NCBI GenBank assembly: GCA_049511795.1 | Contig: JBEKXS010000001.1 | Coordinates: 1 to 32,000, forward strand | DNA length: 32,000 bases | Source of the DNA: Candidatus Saccharimonadota bacterium | GTDB taxonomy: Archaea > Nanobdellota > Nanobdellia > Pacearchaeales > GW2011-AR1 | Reading direction: 5' to 3' | Part shown: positions 1 to 8,633 of the stretch, piece by piece | Numbering within the stretch: position 1 is the first letter of the stretch | How the letters are laid out: each line of letters begins with the position of its first letter | The notes under the pieces: model-generated | Seen by the model: the letters and a program-made list of their open reading frames with translations, nothing else | The model's database searches: none | Told to the model about the DNA's origin: nothing | Made by a program: the position numbers and the translations under genes

Positions 1-879
1 TCTTATTTCAACACGGCTTCAAACATAACAGGAGTTGGAACTGCAAACTACATTCCAATGTGGACTTCTGCAAGCAATTTGAATAATTCAGGAATATACC
101 AGAATGGCGGCAACGTCGGAATTGGAACAACGACACCACAGAATGTTTTGAATGTTTTGGGAGATGCAAATGTAACTGGGACGTTGTATGCGGGAACTTT
201 TTCTGGAGCAGGAACAAGCTTGACAGGAACAGCATCAAGCTTGACAGCAGGAACAGCTTCAGCTTTAGCTTCAACATCACAATGTTCTGCTGGTCAGGGT
301 GCAACAGGAATTTCCACATCAGGTGCAGCACAAGGATGTACAACATACTTACAGAGTTATACAGAGACAGATCCAAAGTGGACTGCAAATTATAGCGGTA
401 CAACAACAATTCCCGGAACATGGACATTTAGTAACACTGTAACCGCATCAAAATTCACCAACACTGGTGGTGTGTATGACCCAGCATATAATATAGATAA
501 CACAACTTATGCGACATACGCTCCTTCAATAAATGGAGTAAAGGAAGAAGTTTCTGACACAATTGAGTTGAACGGGACAAACAACACTTATGTGATTGAT
601 TTCAGCAAACTTCAGAAAAGCAGTGACTTATGGCTGTTCTACCAACTGACTGACTTCGGAACAAACTGGACAAATTTGCAGGTAATGCTTTCACCCGGAT
701 TCGACGGAAATACTTGGTATACAAAAGACCCAGTAAAGAATACATTGACAATACATGGCAGTTCACCAGGTGAAGTTTCATACAGATTAACTGCAACCAG
801 AATGGATTATCAAAACTGGCCAAACTTAATGAACCAAACAAAAGATATTCCTCTTACTAATTTGACATCAAAGAAATGA
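1..879 (+). CDS. Surface / tail-fibre-like protein, 5' end cut by window edge
   Basis: Frame 1 is open from nt 1 with no stop before the listed ATG at 58, so the gene probably starts upstream of the window. It has the motif GNVGIGTTTPQNVLNVLGDANVTG and Gly/Thr/Ser-rich repeats typical of tail-fibre-like surface proteins. Several N-x-S/T sequons are present. Stop TGA at 877-879. Confidence 0.6.
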   Translation, partial: SYFNTASNITGVGTANYIPMWTSASNLNNSGIYQNGGNVGIGTTTPQNVLNVLGDANVTGTLYAGTFSGAGTSLTGTASSLTAGTASALASTSQCSAGQGATGISTSGAAQGCTTYLQSYTETDPKWTANYSGTTTIPGTWTFSNTVTASKFTNTGGVYDPAYNIDNTTYATYAPSINGVKEEVSDTIELNGTNNTYVIDFSKLQKSSDLWLFYQLTDFGTNWTNLQVMLSPGFDGNTWYTKDPVKNTLTIHGSSPGEVSYRLTATRMDYQNWPNLMNQTKDIPLTNLTSKK

Positions 880-958
880 ATAGATATTTATTCCCCCTTT
901 TTAGTAATAACACTCACAAGATTTAAATAGCAAAATATTTATGTTTTTACAGGTTAAA

Positions 959-2488
959 ATGGCAATGAAAAATGGTTTAGTTAGAAAGTTGATGAACGGA
1001 GTCTATGCTTTTTCAACAGCTGGCGTTTTAGGATTTGCTGCCTTAACTAGTGGAGTTTCTGGTTGCAGCGGCGATAAGGTTATTGGTCCTGATTCACAGC
1101 CACCTGCACAAAAAATCTCACAGACAGCTACAGTCTTTAATAATATAGGAATAAATTATACAGCAACACTTGAAAATCTTACTTCTGCAACAAGAAAAAC
1201 TTTCAGGAATGATACTTTAATTGACACAAAGACAATAACAGGTCCTGGTGTTTATTCTGAATCTCTTCCCCAGAATTTCAAGGGACAAACATGTTTTACA
1301 CTTGAAGCGCCAAATGTTCAGACAAATAAAGTTTGCGCAACTATTGCTGATTTTGCCCCAGTAGTTTATGCAACAATACCAAAACTTTATACAAGAGACA
1401 CTGTCATAGCTACAATTGACAGTGTTGTTGATATAAATCCAGAAGATAATCCTTCTACAGTTACAGGAGTTACTTCATTGGATGGAAAAGTTCACCCAAC
1501 ACTAATAGATAATAGCCATATACGACTTGTCTCTAGTGATTCTATGGGAAGTTATTCACTTGAAACACAAGTAAGAACAGCAACGGGAACTGCAAATCAG
1601 GCAGTTATTACAAATATTGTTAGCCCTGATGTCATTGCTTTTTCAAGTATTATTCCAGGCACAGGTAACAATCCTCCTGCAGAAGGTCCCCAAATTTATA
1701 CAATGGCATTAGATGGAACAGGATTAACAAAACTGACAAGCGGGATAGCGAATATTTCTTCTGAATGGTCCTCTGATGGTATGCAAATTGTTTATCAAAA
1801 TTCTGGAAATGGGCTTTATAATATTTATATTATGAATGCTAATGGAAACCATAATGGACCAATACCAAGAATACCAAGCACCTTAAACTTAGACTTGATG
1901 AATCCATCACTATCTCCTAATGGAAAAGAAATAGTTTTTGCATATGATGATTACTCAAATGCTACTGGTACGGGGACTGTTCAGGGAATAGGAAAATTCA
2001 ATCTAGATGGAACAGGATTTGTTTCTTTAATGTCTGAGCCTTACTCTGGCCATCCACCAGGAAATCCAAAATTTTCGCCCAATGGAACAATGATCTCTTT
2101 TGAAGATTTTTTTCATTATGGAAATTATGAAATATTAGTTATTGATTCAGCAGGAAGAAACAGTAACAATCCAACTAATCTTACAAATAACCCTGGAACA
2201 GATACAGAAGCAAGATGGCTTCCAGATGGTTCTGGATTAGTTTATGTTTCTGATAGAACCAATCCAAATTTTGATGTGTATGAACAGAAATTTCAGGGTA
2301 ATGCTAGAAACATAACAACTACTGGAGCACTTGCCCCTGATATATCACCTGATGGGAAAAAAATTATTTTTGCTAGACCAAACACTCCTTATCTTTATCT
2401 ACAAAACTTTGATGGAACAGGACCTGTAGACTCAGTTAAAACTGTGGGGTATGCTGGATTTCCTTCATTTAGGCCAAGGGTTAGGTAA
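959..2488 (+). CDS. TolB-like PD40 beta-propeller lipoprotein (secreted)
   Basis: Hydrophobic signal peptide ends in the lipobox-like GVSGC. PD40/TolB-type blade motifs recur: SPNGKEIVFA, SPNGTMISFE, WLPDGSGLVYVSD, SPDGKKIIFA. The ORF track starts at 941, but the ATG at 959 fits better with the TATA-like TTTAAATA at 922-929. Confidence 0.7.
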   Translation: MAMKNGLVRKLMNGVYAFSTAGVLGFAALTSGVSGCSGDKVIGPDSQPPAQKISQTATVFNNIGINYTATLENLTSATRKTFRNDTLIDTKTITGPGVYSESLPQNFKGQTCFTLEAPNVQTNKVCATIADFAPVVYATIPKLYTRDTVIATIDSVVDINPEDNPSTVTGVTSLDGKVHPTLIDNSHIRLVSSDSMGSYSLETQVRTATGTANQAVITNIVSPDVIAFSSIIPGTGNNPPAEGPQIYTMALDGTGLTKLTSGIANISSEWSSDGMQIVYQNSGNGLYNIYIMNANGNHNGPIPRIPSTLNLDLMNPSLSPNGKEIVFAYDDYSNATGTGTVQGIGKFNLDGTGFVSLMSEPYSGHPPGNPKFSPNGTMISFEDFFHYGNYEILVIDSAGRNSNNPTNLTNNPGTDTEARWLPDGSGLVYVSDRTNPNFDVYEQKFQGNARNITTTGALAPDISPDGKKIIFARPNTPYLYLQNFDGTGPVDSVKTVGYAGFPSFRPRVR

Positions 2489-2500
2489 CATAAATAAATA

Positions 2501-2510
2501 TTTATAAATA
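2501..2510 (+). promoter_or_regulatory. TATA-box-like element upstream of the pilin-like gene
   Basis: TTTATAAATA is centred about 25 nt upstream of the ATG at 2531. This is archaeal promoter spacing and implies a leaderless or very short-leader mRNA. Confidence 0.4.
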
Positions 2511-2530
2511 TCAAAACCCATTACTTTCTA

Positions 2531-4387
2531 ATGGATGAAAAGAGAGGTTTATCTGAGATTATTGCTACTCTTATAATTATTCTTATAACTTTAGTTGCTA
2601 TTGGAATAATTTGGGTTGTAATTAATGGAATTTTAAAAACCGGCACACAGCAGATTGCAAACAGTCAAAATAATGTTGATTTACAGATAACAAAAGTTCA
2701 GGTTGCATCAAACAATATTACAGTAAGTGTTTATGTAAAAAGAAATTCAGGACAAGGAAACTTTATTGCAATGGATTTTATTTTTAATAATGGTACTGAC
2801 ACAGAAATTATAAGAGAAAATCAAACAATACCTCAATTAGGGCAACAAAGCTTTAGTTTCATACTATCTAAACTGCCTGTAAATACTCTTAAAAGCGTAT
2901 CTGTTGCCCCTGTTTTCCAATCAGGTAGCACAGAATCTGTAGGAAATCCTACAAGCACATTTGATGTTTCGAAAATTGTTGCAAGTGTTGGAGCACCATT
3001 AATAACTGGCTTTGAAGCAATGGGATTTGGGGGGATGAAAGAAGTTGATTACAATATTTCAAATGGAAATCCTGTAACATATCCTGAATTCAAGAATTTT
3101 ACAGTTAATCCTTTAGATGTTTCGGTTGGACAAAATCAAACATTTAGCGTAACTGTTTATTCTCCAAATAATGTTACAAATGTCACTTCATTCACCCAAC
3201 TAGACCATGACAATCTGAGTTTGAATTTTGTAAAATTTTCTGATGATGGAATTGGAAATTCTATTTGGAATGTAACTTGGACAGCTTATGATACACATGG
3301 AACAACATATAGTACAAATGTAACTGCTATTGATTCCGCAGGAAATCAAAATAGTATAAATATGGAATGGACAGATACGACAGATTGCAATAACGTGATA
3401 CCTTTAAGCGCGCAAGGTAGTCCTTATCCTTTGTATTCTAATTGTGTTGTTGGTAGTGGCGAGGCTGGGGGGCTTACAGGAGCAAGACTTACAATCACTT
3501 CAGGAATTACTGTTACAGTAACTGCTGGGACATTAGTAACAAATGGATTTACTCTTTCAGGTGGTCACATAGCTTTAGCTTCAGGTGCAACTATTAGAAC
3601 AACAGGATATCTTTATTATTTTGATTCTGATAATGATGGATATGCAGACAATGCAACAGGGATATATAGCGCAACAACAAAAGGGGCTGGTTATGTTCTT
3701 GCTTCTCCTAGCGTCCATGCCCTAACCGACTGCAATCCTACTAATCCAAATGAAAATACTCTACAAACAGGTTACATAGATGCTGATGGAGATGGTTATC
3801 CCGGAACAGCTGTTTCAAATGCTTGTCTTCCTGCAAATACAGTCTATCCATCTTCAACAGATTGTTTTGATAGCAATGCTAATGCTCGCCCTAATCAAAC
3901 TGGCTGGTTTACTACTGATCGTGGTGATGGCTCATATGATTACGATTGTAATAGCGGAAGTACTCCAGAGACTCTTTCTGGTACTGGTTCGATGCCAGGA
4001 AATGGAAAATGTGATGACAATAGTCACGCGGCATGTGATAATATTTACCCTGATGGTGTAGCTGGTTTTGCAACTATTACTACTTGCGGGCAGAATGGTA
4101 CTTGGATTGTTCCCGGTCTTGTTTGTGGAGACATAAGTTGTTCAAATTATTCGAAACAAGCTGTCTGCTCTAACGCTCCAACTTTAGAATACACAAACCA
4201 GACAGGTGTATGTGATACTAATAGTGGCAACCCATGTGACAATCTTTATCCTAATGGAAAAGTTGGGTTTATTGGTGCAAAACCCAGTGTTGGTTCAACT
4301 GGTACTTATGTTTCTGACCCAGGCCTCAAGTGTGCTGATCCTGTTCAAAACTGTGTATACGGAACAGTAACCCAAGCTGTTCATTAA
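2531..4387 (+). CDS. Archaeal type IV pilin-like protein (class III signal peptide) fused to a large Cys-rich adhesin-like domain
   Basis: The N-terminus MDEKRG/LSEIIATLIIILITLVAIGIIWVV matches the archaeal prepilin/archaellin signal: a charged stretch, G then S, then a hydrophobic helix. The C-terminal half carries DCNPTNP...DADGDGY and DC..N motifs resembling MopE-type putative metal-binding repeats. It also has a duplicated CD.N...CDN(I/L)YP(D/N)G..GF module. Confidence 0.65.
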   Translation: MDEKRGLSEIIATLIIILITLVAIGIIWVVINGILKTGTQQIANSQNNVDLQITKVQVASNNITVSVYVKRNSGQGNFIAMDFIFNNGTDTEIIRENQTIPQLGQQSFSFILSKLPVNTLKSVSVAPVFQSGSTESVGNPTSTFDVSKIVASVGAPLITGFEAMGFGGMKEVDYNISNGNPVTYPEFKNFTVNPLDVSVGQNQTFSVTVYSPNNVTNVTSFTQLDHDNLSLNFVKFSDDGIGNSIWNVTWTAYDTHGTTYSTNVTAIDSAGNQNSINMEWTDTTDCNNVIPLSAQGSPYPLYSNCVVGSGEAGGLTGARLTITSGITVTVTAGTLVTNGFTLSGGHIALASGATIRTTGYLYYFDSDNDGYADNATGIYSATTKGAGYVLASPSVHALTDCNPTNPNENTLQTGYIDADGDGYPGTAVSNACLPANTVYPSSTDCFDSNANARPNQTGWFTTDRGDGSYDYDCNSGSTPETLSGTGSMPGNGKCDDNSHAACDNIYPDGVAGFATITTCGQNGTWIVPGLVCGDISCSNYSKQAVCSNAPTLEYTNQTGVCDTNSGNPCDNLYPNGKVGFIGAKPSVGSTGTYVSDPGLKCADPVQNCVYGTVTQAVH

Positions 4388-4398
4388 TTTAGTTTAAT

Positions 4399-5106
4399 AT
4401 GCCAAGAAAAAAATCAAATGATTTTTTTGTTATTAAAAAAAGTATTTTTTTAGTTTTTCTCTGCCTTTTACTTTTAATTTTTATCTTTTTTGTTTTGAGC
4501 AGACAAAATTATTTAATAAAAAATATTAATCAATCATTATTAAAATTATCAGGAAACAATGTTCAGAGCAATTGGCCAGTCTATCAAAATGAATCTGAAA
4601 TTAATATTCCAAGCAATTGGACAACTTATCAAGATAAAAGATATGAATTTGAATTAAGGATTCCTCCAGGATGGACTGAAAAGAATTTTCAACAATTAAC
4701 ACCAAATCAATATTATTTTGCAATTCAGGCACCTGATTCTGCGACAGCTAATGTAAAACCATTTGAAAAACAAAATCTAGGGGTAATAGTACAGATTTTT
4801 GAACCATCTCTTTTCAATAGCACTGAAGATAGAACTTGCGAAAAAGTATATACTGGAGATCAAAAAAACTGCATTACACAGTATATTTACATTGGTAATG
4901 GTATAAAAGCCATAGAAAAAACATACCAAGTGCCTGATTTAGGCTACACTAACATTACTGCGAAAGACATTGATTTTGTTCAAAACAACACGTTTTTTCA
5001 TTTTTATACCTCTTCTTATTCTTATGGCGAACCAATTCAAAATTTATCCAATAAAGAGTTATACCTTGATGAAATTATGTCTACTTTTAAGTTTGTTTCT
5101 ACTTAA
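4399..5106 (+). CDS. N-terminally membrane-anchored hypothetical protein
   Basis: ATG lies 11 nt after the pilin-like gene stop. A basic N-terminus is followed by one TM helix (IFLVFLCLLLLIFIFFVL) and a soluble domain. I recognised no family. Confidence 0.55.
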   Translation: MPRKKSNDFFVIKKSIFLVFLCLLLLIFIFFVLSRQNYLIKNINQSLLKLSGNNVQSNWPVYQNESEINIPSNWTTYQDKRYEFELRIPPGWTEKNFQQLTPNQYYFAIQAPDSATANVKPFEKQNLGVIVQIFEPSLFNSTEDRTCEKVYTGDQKNCITQYIYIGNGIKAIEKTYQVPDLGYTNITAKDIDFVQNNTFFHFYTSSYSYGEPIQNLSNKELYLDEIMSTFKFVST

Positions 5107-5173
5107 TTATAAATTAAGGCTGTTTTTTCTAAATCATGATTAACTTTATTAATGATTTTTGATTAAAGATAGT

Positions 5174-6193
5174 ATGAAAAGAGATGAAATAAAGACGACA
5201 GAATTAAAGTTCATTTTTTTACTAATTTTTTCTCTTTTTTTAATAATAATATTTTATTCACAACAAATTCGTGCGGATGTTATTTCAATCAATGCAGGCG
5301 GAGACAACAACACAGCAGTCACGCCGAGCAATTATATTGAAAACTTTTTTAGTGGGATAGAGAATGCTGTGGGGATAACACCACCTCCACCACCACCTCC
5401 ACCACCTCCAGGAGGAGGCGGAGGAGGAGCACCACCTGCAAACATATCCTTGAATCCAAGCGAATTTAACATAAATCTTGCAGTAAATACAACTACAGAA
5501 AGAACAATAACTGTAACAAATACAGGAACAACCCCTGTTACTGTATTTGCAAGCTCAAATCTGCCGGATCATATAATACTTAATCCAACAAACCTGACAA
5601 TTGCTGTTGGCCAATCTGCGACAGTTAAAGCCACTTTTGTTGCCTCGAGCAAGCCAGGAATTTACACAGGAATTATTACAATTGGAGGAATGCCTGTTCT
5701 TGTCTCAATTAATGTAAAAACAACCTTCTTGCTTTTTGATTCGAACATTGTTGTATTGAATCCAAATTATCAAGTCCAGCAAGGTGACCAATTATTGACG
5801 CAGGTTACACTAATTCCATTAGGCAGCCAGGAAAATACAGATGTAACACTTGTTTTCACAATAAGAGACTACAATAGCAAAATATTCCTTACAAAATCAG
5901 AGACAATGATGATTAACAAGCTGACAACAATAGACAGAAACTTTGACACGGGAACATTGCCTCCTGGTAAATATGTTGTAGGATTGCAGCTTACATATGG
6001 AACATCTGTTGCCCCATCAAGCGCACATTTCGAAGTCACGAAGAAAAAATCAACGATAGTAAGCACAATAATCCTTTACTTAATACTATTGATATTGTTA
6101 ATAATGATACTCATCTTGATAATCTTAATCTGGAGAAGAATTAAGAAGATGAGGGAAGAGGAAATAGCAAGGGGAGCAGAATTTAGTGCCTAA
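5174..6193 (+). CDS. Cell-surface protein with Pro/Gly linker and C-terminal TM anchor
   Basis: The ORF track start at 5159 is TTG; the first ATG is 5174 (MKRDEIK). The protein has an N-terminal TM/signal helix, a run of about 10 Pro then 6 Gly, and two beta-rich Ig-like-looking segments (TITVTNTGTTPVTVFA). The C-terminal TM helix is followed by the basic RRIKKMREEE. Confidence 0.6.
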   Translation: MKRDEIKTTELKFIFLLIFSLFLIIIFYSQQIRADVISINAGGDNNTAVTPSNYIENFFSGIENAVGITPPPPPPPPPPGGGGGGAPPANISLNPSEFNINLAVNTTTERTITVTNTGTTPVTVFASSNLPDHIILNPTNLTIAVGQSATVKATFVASSKPGIYTGIITIGGMPVLVSINVKTTFLLFDSNIVVLNPNYQVQQGDQLLTQVTLIPLGSQENTDVTLVFTIRDYNSKIFLTKSETMMINKLTTIDRNFDTGTLPPGKYVVGLQLTYGTSVAPSSAHFEVTKKKSTIVSTIILYLILLILLIMILILIILIWRRIKKMREEEIARGAEFSA

Positions 6194-6230
6194 TGATAAA
6201 TTTTAATACCTTTATTACTAAAAAACAAAC

Positions 6231-7421
6231 ATGTTAATCGGACTTGTAGGAAAGCCATCGAGTGGGAAATCAACATTCTTCAAAGCAGCGACGCTGGCAG
6301 AAGTTGACATTGCCCCATATCCCTTCACGACAATAAAGCCGAATCATGGAGTTGGATATGTAAAAGTTGATTGCATTGACAAAGAGCTTGGAGTTCAGTG
6401 TCAGCCAAACCATGGATTCTGCATAAACGGAAATAGATTTGTGCCTGTTGATTTGATGGATGTTGCAGGCCTTGTTCCTGGAGCAAGCGAAGGAAAAGGG
6501 CTTGGAAACCAGTTTCTTGATGATCTAAGGCAGGCAGATGTTTTCATTCATATTCTTGATGCTTCTGGAACAACAGATGAGGAAGGAAAACCTGTTGAAG
6601 CGCATGACCCTGCAAAAGATATTATGTTTTTGGAAAATGAGCTGAACAGGTGGTTTTACAACATACTGGTTAAGGCATGGAAAAGCTTTGCAAGAAAAGT
6701 TGAGCAAGAGGAAGGAGGAAGTTTTTCAGAAGCTATTGCAAAACAATTCTCTGGATTGAAAGTAACAGAGACACAAGTAAAGAAAGTTTTGCTGAGAATG
6801 AAGAATCTTCCAGAGCAACCGACAAAATGGACAGAGGATCATTTGTTCTGGTTTGCGTCTGAATTAAGGACAGAAAGCAAGCCCACAATAATTGCCGCAA
6901 ACAAAATCGACCTGGAAAAAGCAAATTCAAACTATATTCTTTTGAAAATGAAATTTCCTGGATTGATGATAATTCCGTGCTCTGCTGATTCAGAGCTTGC
7001 CTTGAGGGAAGCTGCTAAATCTGGATTAATTAATTATATTCCTGGAGAAAAAACATTTGAAGTAAAAAAGGAATTAACTCCAGGACAGAAAGAAGCTTTA
7101 GACAAAATTAAAGCAAATGTCCTTGACAAATTTCCAGAGGGAACAGGTGTTCAAGCAATTTTGAATCATGCTGTATTTGACCTTTTGAAGTATATTGCAA
7201 TTTTCCCTGCAGGAGCTACAAAGCTTGCAGACAGCAAGGGAAGAATTCTGCCAGACTGCTTTCTTTTGCCACATGGCTCAACTGCCCTTGATTTTGCATT
7301 CTATCTGCACACAGATTTCGGGAATAATTTCATAAAAGCCATTGATGCAAGAACAAAAAAGGCAATTGGAAAGAATTACGAGCTGAAAAATAGGGATGCA
7401 CTTGAAATAGTTACCAAGTAA
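6231..7421 (+). CDS. Obg-family P-loop GTPase/ATPase, YchF / Ygr210-like
   Basis: G1 is GLVGKPSSGKST, followed by YPFTTI; G3 is DVAGLV and G4 is NKID. The C-terminal part looks TGS-like. At 396 aa it fits the archaeal Ygr210 subgroup. TATA-like AAATTTTAATA lies about 25 nt upstream. Confidence 0.85.
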   Translation: MLIGLVGKPSSGKSTFFKAATLAEVDIAPYPFTTIKPNHGVGYVKVDCIDKELGVQCQPNHGFCINGNRFVPVDLMDVAGLVPGASEGKGLGNQFLDDLRQADVFIHILDASGTTDEEGKPVEAHDPAKDIMFLENELNRWFYNILVKAWKSFARKVEQEEGGSFSEAIAKQFSGLKVTETQVKKVLLRMKNLPEQPTKWTEDHLFWFASELRTESKPTIIAANKIDLEKANSNYILLKMKFPGLMIIPCSADSELALREAAKSGLINYIPGEKTFEVKKELTPGQKEALDKIKANVLDKFPEGTGVQAILNHAVFDLLKYIAIFPAGATKLADSKGRILPDCFLLPHGSTALDFAFYLHTDFGNNFIKAIDARTKKAIGKNYELKNRDALEIVTK

Positions 7422-7602
7422 TCTTGCTTAAATTTACTGCCTTAGAAATCTTACAAACTTGTATATAAAAATAGGAGGAAGAATTATTAAAAGCCCTGCT
7501 GTCATAAAAAATATCTGTATCCCGTTTACTATTTCCTTGAATACCATGAAAAAGAGCAAATTTTCTGATATTTAACCTTTTCTGTCTGGAACCCAAGAGA
7601 AA

Positions 7603-7610
7603 TTTATAAA
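7603..7610 (+). promoter_or_regulatory. TATA-box-like element upstream of the mini Pol X gene
   Basis: TTTATAAA is centred about 28 nt upstream of the ATG at 7635. Confidence 0.4.
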
Positions 7611-7634
7611 TCCAGATATCTTATTTAAAGAATA

Positions 7635-8144
7635 ATGAAATTGAAGCACGTTTTCAAAAAAGGAAGAGAGGTTACAACAAGGGAAGGCAGCTTTGTCATA
7701 AAACTAGCGAAAAAAATTGCTTCTGACATAAAACAATTCTGCAAAAAAATTGAAATTGGGGGAAGCATAAGAAGAAAATCAAAAAATCCTACAGATATTG
7801 ACATAATCCTTATACCAAAGAATGAAGGAAGCAAGAAAGAAATAGAGGAAGTTTTGTCAAGGAAAGGGAAAAGAGTTTTGGGTGGAGAGCAAAAAGCTTA
7901 TTTTAAGATAGATGGAGTTGAAACAGAGATTTATTACACGACTCCTGAAGAATGGGGTGCTGCTTTAATGGCCTATTCAAGTCCTTTTGGTGCTAGCATT
8001 GGCCTTCGTGTCATTGCAAGGGCAAAAGGATTCAAATTAAACCAGCATGGACTTTTCAAACACGGAAAAATGGTCGCTGGAAGAACAGAAGAGGAAATTT
8101 ACAAGGTGCTTGGAAGACCCTGGAAACCTCCGGAGAAGAGATAA
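7635..8144 (+). CDS. Minimal family X DNA polymerase / Pol beta-like nucleotidyltransferase (palm + thumb only)
   Basis: GGSIRRKSKNPTDIDIILIP matches the Pol X hG[GS]-x-RR...DxD motif. The C-terminus GFKLNQHGLFKHGKMVAGRTEEEIYKVLGRPWKPPEKR matches the Pol X thumb consensus (LN.YGLF ... E.EIF..LG..YI.PE.R). At 169 aa there is no room for the 8-kDa or fingers domains. Confidence 0.7.
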   Translation: MKLKHVFKKGREVTTREGSFVIKLAKKIASDIKQFCKKIEIGGSIRRKSKNPTDIDIILIPKNEGSKKEIEEVLSRKGKRVLGGEQKAYFKIDGVETEIYYTTPEEWGAALMAYSSPFGASIGLRVIARAKGFKLNQHGLFKHGKMVAGRTEEEIYKVLGRPWKPPEKR

Positions 8145-8150
8145 ATTAAA

Positions 8151-8633
8151 ATGAAATATGAACCAGCACCAGATTTGCAGAGAATAGCAGAAGAAATATC
8201 AAAGCTGCTTTTTCCTCATGTTCACATTGACAGAATGAGATGTTTTAGGAGCTATGGAACCAGCTCAAAAGGAACAATTGCAAGATGCCATACTGTTGGA
8301 AAGCTTTTGCAGCGTGCGATGAATGTAGAAGCTTTTTATGCCCTTGAATTTATTTCAGAGCGATTTGATAAGCTGTCAGAAGAGGAAAAAATAAAGACAA
8401 TAATTCATGAATTAATGCATATTCCACAGACTTTTGGCGGCGGATTCAGAAATCATGATCACGTTTGCGAAAGAAACGTAAATCGATGTTACAATGAATA
8501 CAAAGAAAAGAAAAAAATGGCTGAAGAAACAGATTTTTTGAAAATAAAGGAGTTAAAATGGAAAAATGAGGATAATGTTAAACAACTCAAAAACATAAGA
8601 AAAAATGCAAGTAAAAGTTGGTTTTCAATATAA
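8151..8633 (+). CDS. Putative zinc metallopeptidase (HExxH; COG4900-like predicted archaeal metallopeptidase)
   Basis: Starts 6 nt after the Pol X-like gene. It contains IIHELMHIPQTFGGGFRNHDH, an HExxH motif with a downstream His cluster. The overall pattern resembles the small archaeal/phage putative-metallopeptidase family. Confidence 0.6.
   Translation: MKYEPAPDLQRIAEEISKLLFPHVHIDRMRCFRSYGTSSKGTIARCHTVGKLLQRAMNVEAFYALEFISERFDKLSEEEKIKTIIHELMHIPQTFGGGFRNHDHVCERNVNRCYNEYKEKKKMAEETDFLKIKELKWKNEDNVKQLKNIRKNASKSWFSI

Noticed and set aside
8-427. Antisense or internal ORFs inside well-supported genes (for example 8-427, 602-841, 3780-4061, 5869-6066, 6525-6930, 11573-11905, 12299-13522, 14680-16773, 17723-18753, 19687-20053, 20588-21967, 22729-23437, 25714-25899, 27114-27335, 29761-29973)
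   Set aside because: All lie within or opposite genes that have strong family signatures. Their products are Leu/Phe/Ser/Cys-rich with no motifs or start signals, as expected for chance ORFs in AT-rich DNA.
7462-7590. TATA-like TATATAAAA followed by AGGAGG (7473-7478) in the 213-nt spacer between the GTPase and Pol X genes, plus a 61-aa minus-strand ORF at 7411-7596
   Set aside because: No ATG, GTG or TTG lies at SD distance; only an ATT-initiated 30-codon frame is available. The minus-strand ORF has no signals and odd composition. It might be a small RNA or a decayed gene, but I cannot support any call from sequence alone.
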